From an uncultured Spirochaetota bacterium (GTDB lineage Bacteria > Spirochaetota > Brevinematia > Brevinematales > JAOACQ01): a DNA stretch of 64,000 nucleotides. How positions within the stretch are numbered: position 1 is the first letter of the stretch; each line of letters begins with the position of its first letter. The notes under the pieces are model-generated. The model saw only the letters and a program-made list of their open reading frames with translations. It was not told the origin of the DNA and ran no database searches. The translations under genes were made by a program, and so were the position numbers. The stretch covers positions 96,001 to 160,000 of the forward strand of contig CAWAOD010000005.1 of the NCBI GenBank assembly GCA_963783575.1, read 5' to 3'. Shown here piece after piece: positions 10,709-19,458 of this stretch.

Positions 10709-11025
10709 GAAAACCTCCTTCAAGATTTAATAATCCTTTATAAAATCATAATATCAATTATTATAATTCTTAAATATAGTATAGTTTAAAACCGGAAAAA
10801 GTCAACAAGAGAATATTATTTGTAAGGATCTCAACAATTACTTCTGTATAATTGAAATAAAGTCATGCCCGGCTCCATGCTTTTTTAAAATAAATCCGGA
10901 TATAATTGGGTTAGGGGAAATATGGCAAATTTTTTGCGTTTTTTTTGTCTTTTCTCTACATTATCATTGGGCAGAAATTATAATATTTTCTGTAAGCTGT
11001 ATTACCGGGTAAAACGGGAGCGTAT

Positions 11026-11553
11026 ATGAAGTCTATTGTACTGTATAGATCAATATCCGGCTACACGAAGAAATACGCGCAATGGATTGCTGAGGAACTC
11101 GGAGCCGATCTTTTCGGCTGCCGAAAGGTTGAACCCCATGCCCTCTCAGGCTATGACCTTATTATTTTCGGCGGCAGCCTTCATATGGGCAGAATAAACG
11201 GCATCGGAATAATCAAGCGTAACTTCGCAGCCCTCGCGGGCAAGCGCATCATTATCTTTGCCACCGGGGGTTCGCTGGTTAGAGAGAGTCTTGCCGGGGA
11301 GATTCTGGCGGCCAACTTTTCAGGGGAGCATCAGAAGCATTTGCGGCTCTTCTATTTTCGAGGCGGCTTCGACTTCAGCAAACTGGGTACTATTGATAAG
11401 ATCCTGATGATATGCAGGAAATGGAAGATACGGATGAAGAGGAGCGAAGACCTGACACCTGACGAGAAGGAGTTTTTCGCAGCCTACGCTAATCCCGCGG
11501 ACGGAACAAACAAGGAATCCATCCGAACGCTTGTTGACTATGCTCGTTCATAG
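11026..11553 (+). CDS. Flavodoxin domain protein (HemG-like)
   Basis: VLYRSISGYTKKYAQWIAE, FYFRGGFD motifs. Confidence 0.8.
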   Translation: MKSIVLYRSISGYTKKYAQWIAEELGADLFGCRKVEPHALSGYDLIIFGGSLHMGRINGIGIIKRNFAALAGKRIIIFATGGSLVRESLAGEILAANFSGEHQKHLRLFYFRGGFDFSKLGTIDKILMICRKWKIRMKRSEDLTPDEKEFFAAYANPADGTNKESIRTLVDYARS

Positions 11554-11590
11554 GGCTTGAGTGATTATTCCCCGTATTTTATCTAAACGA

Positions 11591-12460
11591 TTATTTCGAA
11601 TAAATAATCTTTGTAGCCTTCTTATTTATTAACCTTTCGCTGAAATACACTCCTAATATTACAAAAATTGTATCAACAACAGCCCGTCCGACAATAAATT
11701 GTACAAATCTCAACACTGAGCTCTGATATACGAAAGGCCAGAATAAATTAAAAATTAACCAGTTAGTCCCAACATTTGTCAATCCAAAAAACACAGATTT
11801 TTTAATAAGGTTCTTCTCGCTTATATTCCGGCCAGTCAGTATATATAATGTCCCAAATGAAATTCCCGCAGCCAGCGTCCATATAAATGTTGAGACAGAC
11901 CTTTCAATAAACCCGGACTCAATTTTTAATATTGAATAAGAAAAATATCTGCCAATAATATAAAATAAGGTAACAGCTGACAAAATTAGACTATTATTTA
12001 GCAAAGTTGAAACATTATCCTTAATTTGACTTTTACTGCTTTGACTATCAGATGCCAAGAATTTTCCTGATAATATGCCGAAAACAATTACCGATATTAA
12101 ATCAACTAAACATAATCTAATATCCGCGATAATAGATGACTTCCCAAATACAGGATTTGTTTCAATTCCACCTAAAAAAAAGATTACTCCCCATGAAATA
12201 CCAAATTTCAAACCTTTGATTATTTTACTTCCATTTAGCCATTTTTCTATGATTAAAAATGTGACAGACATGCTGGAGAAAAATACAATAAAAAATATTA
12301 TAACAACTGTATCCATACCTATAGTTTTAGAAAAGATTGATAAAGGATCAATATTAGTCCACAATTCTGTTCCATCAATTATATGCCCCACGGCATTAAT
12401 AAAAGTCGCGATTAATGCTATAAGTAATATTTTCCACCAATTATTCTTTAAATTTAACAT
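11591..12460 (-). CDS. Hypothetical multi-pass membrane protein
   Basis: 289-aa ORF with about eight hydrophobic segments and an AGGAGG RBS. Confidence 0.7.
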   Translation of the reverse strand: MLNLKNNWWKILLIALIATFINAVGHIIDGTELWTNIDPLSIFSKTIGMDTVVIIFFIVFFSSMSVTFLIIEKWLNGSKIIKGLKFGISWGVIFFLGGIETNPVFGKSSIIADIRLCLVDLISVIVFGILSGKFLASDSQSSKSQIKDNVSTLLNNSLILSAVTLFYIIGRYFSYSILKIESGFIERSVSTFIWTLAAGISFGTLYILTGRNISEKNLIKKSVFFGLTNVGTNWLIFNLFWPFVYQSSVLRFVQFIVGRAVVDTIFVILGVYFSERLINKKATKIIYSK

Positions 12461-12699
12461 AAATAATCCTCCTATCTATAAATTTAAAAAAATATATAAT
12501 ACTGTAGCTGTTGTGTGAATTATGATTATTTGTTCATGTTTTGTGGGCAATGTATATTTAAACACTTTCTACAAAAATATGAAAAATATGCCTAATAATG
12601 CATTAATACTAAAATTAAACAGAAGAAATTTACCTTTGCAGATAAAACTTTCCTTCTATCACAGTGTTGTGCCATCGGTAAATTCATAAGAAACAATTT

Positions 12700-13209
12700 T
12701 TATTTACTCAGAACTTTTATAGTTTTCTCAATAATTTTATTTTTTACCTCATCAAACGCCTTATCATCATCGGTTAAGGAAGCTGAAGTAATTGCGTCGA
12801 TTTTCTTGCTATTTAAAACCATGCCGTAAGGGCTATTGAATATAGGTAAACTTTGAGTAGAAACATAAATAATATTGCCGGCGTAATTATTTGTTAAGAT
12901 ATATTCCACAGCCTTAGGAAGCGGATGAAATTGCCTGACTCCCGAAAGAAGGATCACCGAGCCGTAATCCGCCGGATTGTATTGACCGCCGTTGGAGATG
13001 CTATCAACGGTGACGCTAATCTCTTTTGCGTTAAAATTCTGCGCCAGGGCCGCCGTCAGGTTTTTCTTAAACTCGGTATCATACGCCAGTATACAGACAT
13101 TGGCTTTCGAATTTGTAGCCGGATAAGTTTCCGCAAAAAGCGATGAAACGGATACAACAAATAAAAAAATTACCAAAATAACCTGAAATGAATCTTTTAA
13201 TCCTATCAT
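12700..13209 (-). CDS. Secreted flavodoxin-like hypothetical protein with DAITSAS motif
   Basis: Signal peptide; GGAGG RBS; C-terminal IDAITSAS. Confidence 0.6.
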   Translation of the reverse strand: MIGLKDSFQVILVIFLFVVSVSSLFAETYPATNSKANVCILAYDTEFKKNLTAALAQNFNAKEISVTVDSISNGGQYNPADYGSVILLSGVRQFHPLPKAVEYILTNNYAGNIIYVSTQSLPIFNSPYGMVLNSKKIDAITSASLTDDDKAFDEVKNKIIEKTIKVLSK

Positions 13210-13243
13210 ATGAACCTCCGTAATTACACAAGTCACAATCTTT

Positions 13244-13810
13244 TTATAGTTTCATTTTTAAATTATTGCCAAAATCAAGGGTTCCTAATTCCCCGGCTTT
13301 ATTATAACCAGATAATGTACCAGTATCCCTAATCTCTTGATAAGGGAAATAATAACCTAATAATCCAAGTCCTAATATCAGGGTAGGGTTGCCGTTTTTC
13401 CGGTTAAAAAAGTGAAAATTGTACATGATTGGAAGATTTATACTATGCATGCTAAATGATCTTGTTCCATCAATATTTTTATTGGTATCTTTATAATTTA
13501 TATCTTCGAAGTAACTAATATAATCCAGACCCGTTTCTATAAAATGCCCATAAATATTTATCTCATTATGAATACTGCCATGTCCTCCAACCTTGCTTGC
13601 ACTTGTTATTGCGTCAATATTTCCTGATTTTACAATACTTCCGTAATTAATTCCGCCGGATATAATCAATGAAAACATGTTTGTATTTTCACAATAGGCG
13701 CTGACTAATGATAGTATCAAAAACAGCAATACTACAGAAAATATTTTCAGAACAAGAGAAATCCAAGAATAATCAGGGTCAATTAAAAAATGTTTTACCA
13801 TTTCATTCAT
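13244..13810 (-). CDS. Outer-membrane beta-barrel-like hypothetical protein with DAITSAS motif (possibly C-terminally truncated)
   Basis: Hydrophobic N-terminus, alternating beta-strand pattern (SINLPIMYNFHF), IDAITSAS. Confidence 0.5.
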   Translation of the reverse strand: MNEMVKHFLIDPDYSWISLVLKIFSVVLLFLILSLVSAYCENTNMFSLIISGGINYGSIVKSGNIDAITSASKVGGHGSIHNEINIYGHFIETGLDYISYFEDINYKDTNKNIDGTRSFSMHSINLPIMYNFHFFNRKNGNPTLILGLGLLGYYFPYQEIRDTGTLSGYNKAGELGTLDFGNNLKMKL

Positions 13811-13856
13811 AATTGCCTCCTTATATAATTCGATATCGAACTATATATAAAAAAAA

Positions 13857-14131
13857 TTATAAGAAATTCTTGTGCAATTTTTCAAGAACTTTCCTGAAAA
13901 AACTCCATTCCTCTTCGGAGATTCCATCAATCGCTTTCTCAAATAGAACCTTTGTGATAGACTGGAATTCGGTAATAATCCCTTTCCCCTTTTCTGTCAG
14001 GGACAGAAAGCTTGAGCGGTAATCTGACTCGTTCTTTCTCTGCTGAACATAATCAAATTTCTCCAGCTTGGAAACCAGTGTTGTAACCGTCGAGCGTTCC
14101 CTGTTGATTTTATCGGTCACCTCCGACAGGG
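13857..14131 (-). pseudogene. MarR family regulator, 5' part removed at the IS21 left end
   Basis: TLSEVTDKINRERSTVTTLVSKLEK...LSLTEKG wHTH; homology stops at the IS terminus at 14132. Confidence 0.8.
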
Positions 14132-14246
14132 TGGAAATGATAAACTAATTTACCAGGGTAGCAATAAATGAAATTCCCATACCTGTCACAAACAGATTTC
14201 CCATAGAGAAGCTTGAAGATTACCTTTAATGAAAATTCATTAAAGG

Positions 14247-15809
14247 ATGGCAGGAATGGTGAAAAATATTATGTATCAGGACATAAAAAAACTGAAACTT
14301 TTGGGGAAAAGTAAAAATGGTGTATCCCGGGAACTGTCAATAGATATTAAGACAGTCCGGAAATATTGGACTATGAACGATGCTGAATACCAGAAAAGCC
14401 TGATGGAATTCTCTTTCCGTGAAAAAGAATTCGAAGGAATAAAAACAGATATATTGAAAGTATATGCAAAGAATGATTACATCCGGCTGAATATGTCTGC
14501 TTTGTATGACTATTTATTGGAGGTAAAAGGCAAACTACCGGCGAATGAAAATACGATGAGGAATTTCGTACATTACCTGATTGAAAGCGGGCAGCTTACC
14601 TTGAATGAAAAGCGACGGTATTACACAAAAGTGCCGGACATGCCATATGGAAAGCAGCTCCAGCTTGATTTCGGTCAATATACCGACAGATATGGCAGAA
14701 GGTATTACATATTTGCCGCGGTGTTATCCGCCAGTCGTTTTAAGTATGCGGCCCTCCAGGAGAGGCCATTCCGGACAGAAGACCTGATCAATCATCTGTT
14801 GGACTGTTTCGCATATATGGGCGGGATACCGCATGAACTTGTCATCGATCAGGACTGCACGATGGTTGCGAGTGAGAACTCAAGCGATATCATCTACACG
14901 AAAGACTTTCAGTATTTCATCGGGGAAATGGGTCTTAAAATGTATGTGTGCCGACCTGCTGACCCGGAAAGTAAGGGAAAGATTGAAAACGTAGTCAAAT
15001 TCATCAAGCACGGTTTCTTCTCAGTCCGGGAGTTCAACAGTTTAATGGAAGCGGAAGAAAGCCTGATGAAATGGCTGGAAAGAAAAGCCAACGGGAGAAT
15101 ATCCCAGGCTACAATGAAAATACCACTGATAGAGATTGAAACGGAAAGACCATATCTCCAATCTGTCAGGAATTCGATATTCCGTAAAGACAGGATAGGA
15201 GCAAGGGAAGAGCGCAGTGTAAGCGATAAATGCCGGATCGCAGTTGATGCAAGCCAGTATGATATTCCCGAAAAATACAGGAACGGTTCGGTGGACATCT
15301 ACAAGACGGGCAGTCGGCTTTTTGTCTTTGACAGGATAACGGGAGAGCAAATCGCCGAATACCGGCTTTCAGTGATTCCGGGGCAGATTGTAACCAACAG
15401 GGCAATGATCCGGGAAATGGGAAAGACTGTGCAGTTATTGAAAGAAGAAGTAAGCGGGTACTTTGATATTCCCGGCTGGAAGGATTTTCTTGAATGTAAT
15501 TTCAGGAAGTTCAATCGTTATGTAAGGGACCAATGTCTTTCCGGAAGAAAATACTTCAGGGACAAGATAATTGATACCGGGAAGCTTACACAAGCGATCT
15601 CAAACTGCCTGGAGAGTGATAGTTATTCCATGAAGGATTTGTGGGATAATTACCTGAACTGTTTTATAACAGAAAAGGCAGAAATACCCTTGAATGTAGA
15701 AAAGATTGTCAGGCCTTCAGTGAATCCTGAACACTATCTTGAAGTAGCTAAATCAGACATCGGGAAATACCAGAGTTTCTGTGACTCCATCGGGGGCCGG
15801 CAATGTTGA
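14247..15809 (+). CDS. istA: IS21 transposase IstA
   Basis: QLDFG, GGIPHELVIDQD, ESKGKIENVVKFIK DDE motifs. Confidence 0.93.
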   Translation: MAGMVKNIMYQDIKKLKLLGKSKNGVSRELSIDIKTVRKYWTMNDAEYQKSLMEFSFREKEFEGIKTDILKVYAKNDYIRLNMSALYDYLLEVKGKLPANENTMRNFVHYLIESGQLTLNEKRRYYTKVPDMPYGKQLQLDFGQYTDRYGRRYYIFAAVLSASRFKYAALQERPFRTEDLINHLLDCFAYMGGIPHELVIDQDCTMVASENSSDIIYTKDFQYFIGEMGLKMYVCRPADPESKGKIENVVKFIKHGFFSVREFNSLMEAEESLMKWLERKANGRISQATMKIPLIEIETERPYLQSVRNSIFRKDRIGAREERSVSDKCRIAVDASQYDIPEKYRNGSVDIYKTGSRLFVFDRITGEQIAEYRLSVIPGQIVTNRAMIREMGKTVQLLKEEVSGYFDIPGWKDFLECNFRKFNRYVRDQCLSGRKYFRDKIIDTGKLTQAISNCLESDSYSMKDLWDNYLNCFITEKAEIPLNVEKIVRPSVNPEHYLEVAKSDIGKYQSFCDSIGGRQC

Positions 15810-16552
15810 AGATAAGAGAACAAATCATAACTGCGCTTACAACTCTCGGGTTGAAGGGTATGATAAAACGGATTGATGAGGAAATTGGTGAGGCTGAAAA
15901 GGCAAAAGAGTCTTATCTGAGTTTTCTGCAGAGGCTGCTTTCTCTGGAATTGAATTATAGAGTGGAAAAACGTTTTCAGCGGAATATGGCAGGAGCACAC
16001 TTCCCGGTCCGCAAAGATGTGGAAGGTTTTAATTTTGAAAAAGTGAATGGAATATCTAAAATGGATGTTTCACAGCTATTGGATTTCTGCTGGATTGATA
16101 ATCATCATAACCTGTTGTTCTTTGGGTCTCCGGGGCTGGGGAAAACGCATCTGGCAATTAGTATCGGAATCCGGGCAGTTGAAAAGGGATATATTGTCTG
16201 CTTTGAAAGGATGACTACTCTCATTAAGTTTCTGAAAACGGCGGACATCCAGAGAAGCTCTGCTTTCAGGCTGAACCGGATGATGAAGTCACACTTATTA
16301 ATCATTGATGAGATAGGTTACACACCTATCGAAAAGAAGGAGGCAAATCTATTCTTTAGTCTTGTAAGTGAATTGTATGAAAAGACATCAATTGTGATAA
16401 CATCGAATAAGGGATTTCAGGATTGGGCTGAAATGATGGGAGACCCGATTATGACAACCGCTCTTCTGGATAGGCTTTTACATCATTCAAATATTTATAA
16501 CTTGAGCGGAGAATCTTACAGAATACAAAATTTGAATAAGGAGGTTGAGTAA
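15803..16552 (+). CDS. istB: IS21 helper ATPase IstB
   Basis: GSPGLGKTHLA Walker A, LLIIDEIGY, TALLDRLLHH, GESYR. Confidence 0.95.
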   Translation: MLKIREQIITALTTLGLKGMIKRIDEEIGEAEKAKESYLSFLQRLLSLELNYRVEKRFQRNMAGAHFPVRKDVEGFNFEKVNGISKMDVSQLLDFCWIDNHHNLLFFGSPGLGKTHLAISIGIRAVEKGYIVCFERMTTLIKFLKTADIQRSSAFRLNRMMKSHLLIIDEIGYTPIEKKEANLFFSLVSELYEKTSIVITSNKGFQDWAEMMGDPIMTTALLDRLLHHSNIYNLSGESYRIQNLNKEVE

Positions 16553-16570
16553 CCATTCTTTGCCTCCTCA

Positions 16571-16687
16571 CTATGGGAAATACTCACGTGGAAGGTATGG
16601 GGAAAACTCTTGTGAAGCATATGGGAAATACTCTTGTGGAAGGGGTGGGAAATTACCCGAGCGCAGATATGGGAAAAACTCTTGACA
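16571..16687 (+). repeat. Five subterminal transposase-binding repeats of the IS21 right end
   Basis: Imperfect (A)TGGGAAA(T/A)ACTC units about 24 bp apart; inverted TTCCCATA copies near 14171-14205. Confidence 0.75.
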
Positions 16688-16693
16688 TTTCCA

Positions 16694-16743
16694 AGGCGTA
16701 GCAAAGCGTAGCCGAGCACCACAGCGCATGTACGCTGTTAGCT
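16694..16743 (-). other. Truncated attC-like recombination site cut by IS21
   Basis: Minus strand AGCTAAC-AGCGTACATGCGCTGTGGTGC..., homologous to the start of the complete site at 18464-18312. Confidence 0.7.
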
Positions 16744-16797
16744 GAAGGGCTTGGCAACGTCGGTATAAAAACGGCAGGACGCCGTTTGAAGCGTAAA

Positions 16798-17250
16798 TTA
16801 ATACTTCCATTTTTTAAAATCAGTAATTATTTGTTGATATAATCTATTAGCAACTTTAGGAAGTTCTTTTTTAATTGCTTCTTGAGGTGGAGTTATAAAT
16901 TGTAAATCTCTTTTTGTCATATTATATAATGATTTTATTTCTTCCATTAAATATATAACTTTTTTAGAAAAATACGGATAATATTCTATAAATGAATATA
17001 ATTCTTTTCTACAATTATATATAAAATCAGAATAAACACTAGCATTATCAGGCCATGTAATACCTTCCAAACCTTCTACAAATATTAATAATTTTTTATA
17101 TGCATTAATTTTATCTTTATCATGTAATTTTATTATTTCTAAATTTTTTTGAGTAAATGAAGTAATAACTCCTCCAATGAATACACCCAATAGTGTAAAA
17201 AAACCAAAAATAATATTTTTATCAATTAATATATCCATATACATCTCCAT
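16798..17250 (-). CDS. Hypothetical cassette protein with N-terminal transmembrane helix
   Basis: 150-aa ORF, FGFFTLLGVFIGGVITSF, very AT-rich, lies between attC-like sites. Confidence 0.7.
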   Translation of the reverse strand: MEMYMDILIDKNIIFGFFTLLGVFIGGVITSFTQKNLEIIKLHDKDKINAYKKLLIFVEGLEGITWPDNASVYSDFIYNCRKELYSFIEYYPYFSKKVIYLMEEIKSLYNMTKRDLQFITPPQEAIKKELPKVANRLYQQIITDFKKWKY

Positions 17251-17279
17251 TCCTGAATAATTTTATTATAAAATGATAT

Positions 17280-18194
17280 TTATCTATTAATTTTTAGATC
17301 ATTAAAAGTATGTACATTATTTAAATCATAAAAATATATGGTTTTTAATGTTTTTTTAGAAGAATAGTAATCAGTGTATATCAATTTGTATTGAAATTTT
17401 AGTGACTTATCAAAATAGATATATTCAGTCTCTGTTGCACCAGGTAAAATGTTTATTTCATATAATCTATTATATGATATTGTAGAAGATTTTGTCAGAC
17501 CCTCAATCAGAAAAAACTGATTTTTAGGATTAATTTTAGTAATATATATGCTGTTCGTGTTTACAATTTTAAGTTTCATTTCCATATTATCTGAATAATC
17601 ATCAATTATATTACTCACAATGCTTATTGAGCTTAAAGTATTATAATTATTATTAATAGAATATAGATTAAATCTGTTATATAGGTCATAGCAAAAAATT
17701 GATAAACTGGAAATATATTTTGAATCTGGATATTGATTTTGCAATTCAATCACAGTATTTTCCAAATTAAAATAATCAATATATTTTATAATGTTTGTAG
17801 ATTTATCCAATATATCAAAAATAAAAAATAATTTAGATAGTAGAATATTGTTGGTTATTAGATTTAATCTATTTGTGTAAAGTGAATTTGAGGTAAAGTC
17901 TTTGTTAATATCTTTAAGAAATCCGCTGTAAAATGCAGTAATATACATAATATCATCAAGAATATTTGTATTATCAATATTATTATTTATAAATCCATTT
18001 ATTTCATAAAGGTTTAAGATATAATTACTGATATTACTAATTGTATCTATATCATTTATGGAAGTATTTGTAATTATAGAAAATAATTTCATTAAATTTG
18101 ATTCTAAAAAGTTTTTATTAATATCTCCAAAAATATCTGAACAAAATAGGGTTAATAAGATAATAATAATAGTTTTCATTATTCTTTTATACAT
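17280..18194 (-). CDS. Hypothetical secreted Asn/Ile-rich cassette protein
   Basis: AGGAGG RBS before MYKRIMKTIIIILLTLFC; long ORF in extremely AT-rich DNA. Confidence 0.7.
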   Translation of the reverse strand: MYKRIMKTIIIILLTLFCSDIFGDINKNFLESNLMKLFSIITNTSINDIDTISNISNYILNLYEINGFINNNIDNTNILDDIMYITAFYSGFLKDINKDFTSNSLYTNRLNLITNNILLSKLFFIFDILDKSTNIIKYIDYFNLENTVIELQNQYPDSKYISSLSIFCYDLYNRFNLYSINNNYNTLSSISIVSNIIDDYSDNMEMKLKIVNTNSIYITKINPKNQFFLIEGLTKSSTISYNRLYEINILPGATETEYIYFDKSLKFQYKLIYTDYYSSKKTLKTIYFYDLNNVHTFNDLKINR

Positions 18195-18311
18195 GTTATC
18201 CCTCCTGTATTTCAAATCACTAAATAAAAATAACGTTTTGTGTTTAATATCATTTCCAGTCCGCCACGATGGCGGACATTATTGTAATATTATAGCATTG
18301 CCAAGCTTTTC

Positions 18312-18464
18312 AGCTAACGTACATGTGTATGCGACGTTGCCAGGTCCGTAAGGACTGGCGTGAGCTTTGCCGCCGCAAAGCGAATGCCAGAGGGCAATGT
18401 GGCGAAGCCCGAGGAGCGCCCGCAGTTTACGAGGACGCACCGCAGCGCATACACAACGTTATGT
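18312..18464 (-). other. attC-like integron cassette recombination site (153 bp)
   Basis: Minus strand ACATAAC...GTTAGCT core sites; inner IR TGTGTATGCG/CGCATACACA; GC-rich multi-stem interior in an AT-rich context. Confidence 0.8.
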
Positions 18465-18545
18465 GCAGTGCTGGCGGTCGATTTTCATATAACCTTTTCT
18501 TTATCATATTTCATTTCTACATGAAAATTAATTATTGAAAATCGA

Positions 18546-18958
18546 GGCTTTAACCTGCCGCAATGTAATTTTAAATAAAATTTATAATAAAATAATGAAA
18601 ATTTTGACTATGACTTTGGTCACATTTTTATATCATTATATACAGTATAGAATAAAAACACAAAATATTTGAAAAAAAATGAAAAATAACCAGGCAAAAA
18701 TTTGCGTTGACTCTCCAATTTTGCTATCATACTAATCAGGAATTTGTCTCTGAAAACAGGCTTTCTCATCAAATTCCTGATTAGTATGACAATCATCTCA
18801 ATGATTGCTGGTTATTATTCATTTTTTCTCTTTTCCATTTGTGTTTTCTTATAAAAATGTAATTAATCTATCAAAATTTTCATTTTACCATAATTACATT
18901 GCGGGAGATCGTTTCATATATCTCCGATATATGATGCGTATCGTTACAGGTTAAAGCC
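18546..18958. repeat. Long imperfect inverted repeat (~410 nt) filling an ORF-less cassette; candidate structured RNA/ssDNA
   Basis: Colinear paired arms 18546-57/18947-58, 18558-70/18892-904, 18594-607/18871-84, 18622-32/18850-60 and a perfect 20-bp core 18727-46/18770-89. Confidence 0.85.
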
Positions 18959-18970
18959 AGCCAGCATTGC

Positions 18971-19042
18971 ATATAACTCGATATATACGCATTGCGTATA
19001 TTACTCTAATTTCGGAGTGATATGCGCACTATGTATATTACT
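18971..19042 (-). other. attI-like primary recombination site
   Basis: Minus-strand G|TTATAT core at 18977 with no attC hairpin; two 23-bp direct repeats (18983-19005, 19020-19042; 19/23 identical). Confidence 0.6.
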
Positions 19043-19125
19043 TCAAAATACTTGTAAAATACAAACTTATTAAAAAACTTAGTAATATTATAACAAATAT
19101 TCTGCCGATCAACGGATATATTTCT

Positions 19126-19155
19126 ATTATAGCATTTTAATTTATAGTTTGTCAA
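19126..19155 (-). promoter_or_regulatory. Sigma70 promoter directed into the cassette array (Pc-like)
   Basis: Minus strand TTGACA-18 bp-TATAAT with extended -10 TG. Confidence 0.7.
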
Positions 19156-19381
19156 TCACAATAAAATGCACAACTTATCATCCCAATGGTTTCCGGATAT
19201 TTGAAAATTTATTGTTGAAAATGTTGAAATTGAATACAGAATTAAATGAAATAAAGGCTATTATGCCATAGTACCCTTTATTTTTTGCTTAATCTGATAA
19301 TATATTATACAATATTAGTATTAATTAATGCCGAATAAGACGGATTATTTATTTACCATATTGTAATATAAAGAATTATCC

Positions 19382-19455
<74 letters not shown>

Positions 19456-19458
19456 ATG

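Larger units (their letters stand above)
14132..16693 (+). mobile_element. IS21-family insertion sequence
   Basis: istA+istB; terminal inverted repeat TGGAAATG...CATTTCCA (TG..CA ends); multiple subterminal ATGGGAAA repeats; no target duplication visible. Confidence 0.9.

Noticed and set aside
16571..16687. Regularly spaced short repeats resembling a mini-CRISPR
   Set aside because: Period is only ~24 bp, there are no real spacers or cas genes, and they are IS21 subterminal repeats mirrored at the left end
16571..16810. ORFs 16571-16810 and 16516-16722 (minus strand)
   Set aside because: They span the IS end repeats and the attC fragment; the peptide repeats simply reflect DNA repeats
18323..18538. 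71-aa ORF on the plus strand
   Set aside because: It runs through the GC-rich attC hairpin, has no RBS and has an implausible composition
18465..18976. Retron msr-msd or other RT-associated ncRNA interpretation of the long hairpin
   Set aside because: No reverse transcriptase ORF (no YADD-type motif) was seen anywhere in the window
19156..19381. Integrase remnant between the promoter and tRNA-Arg
   Set aside because: Short AT-rich stretch with no ORF or tyrosine-recombinase motif recognisable by eye
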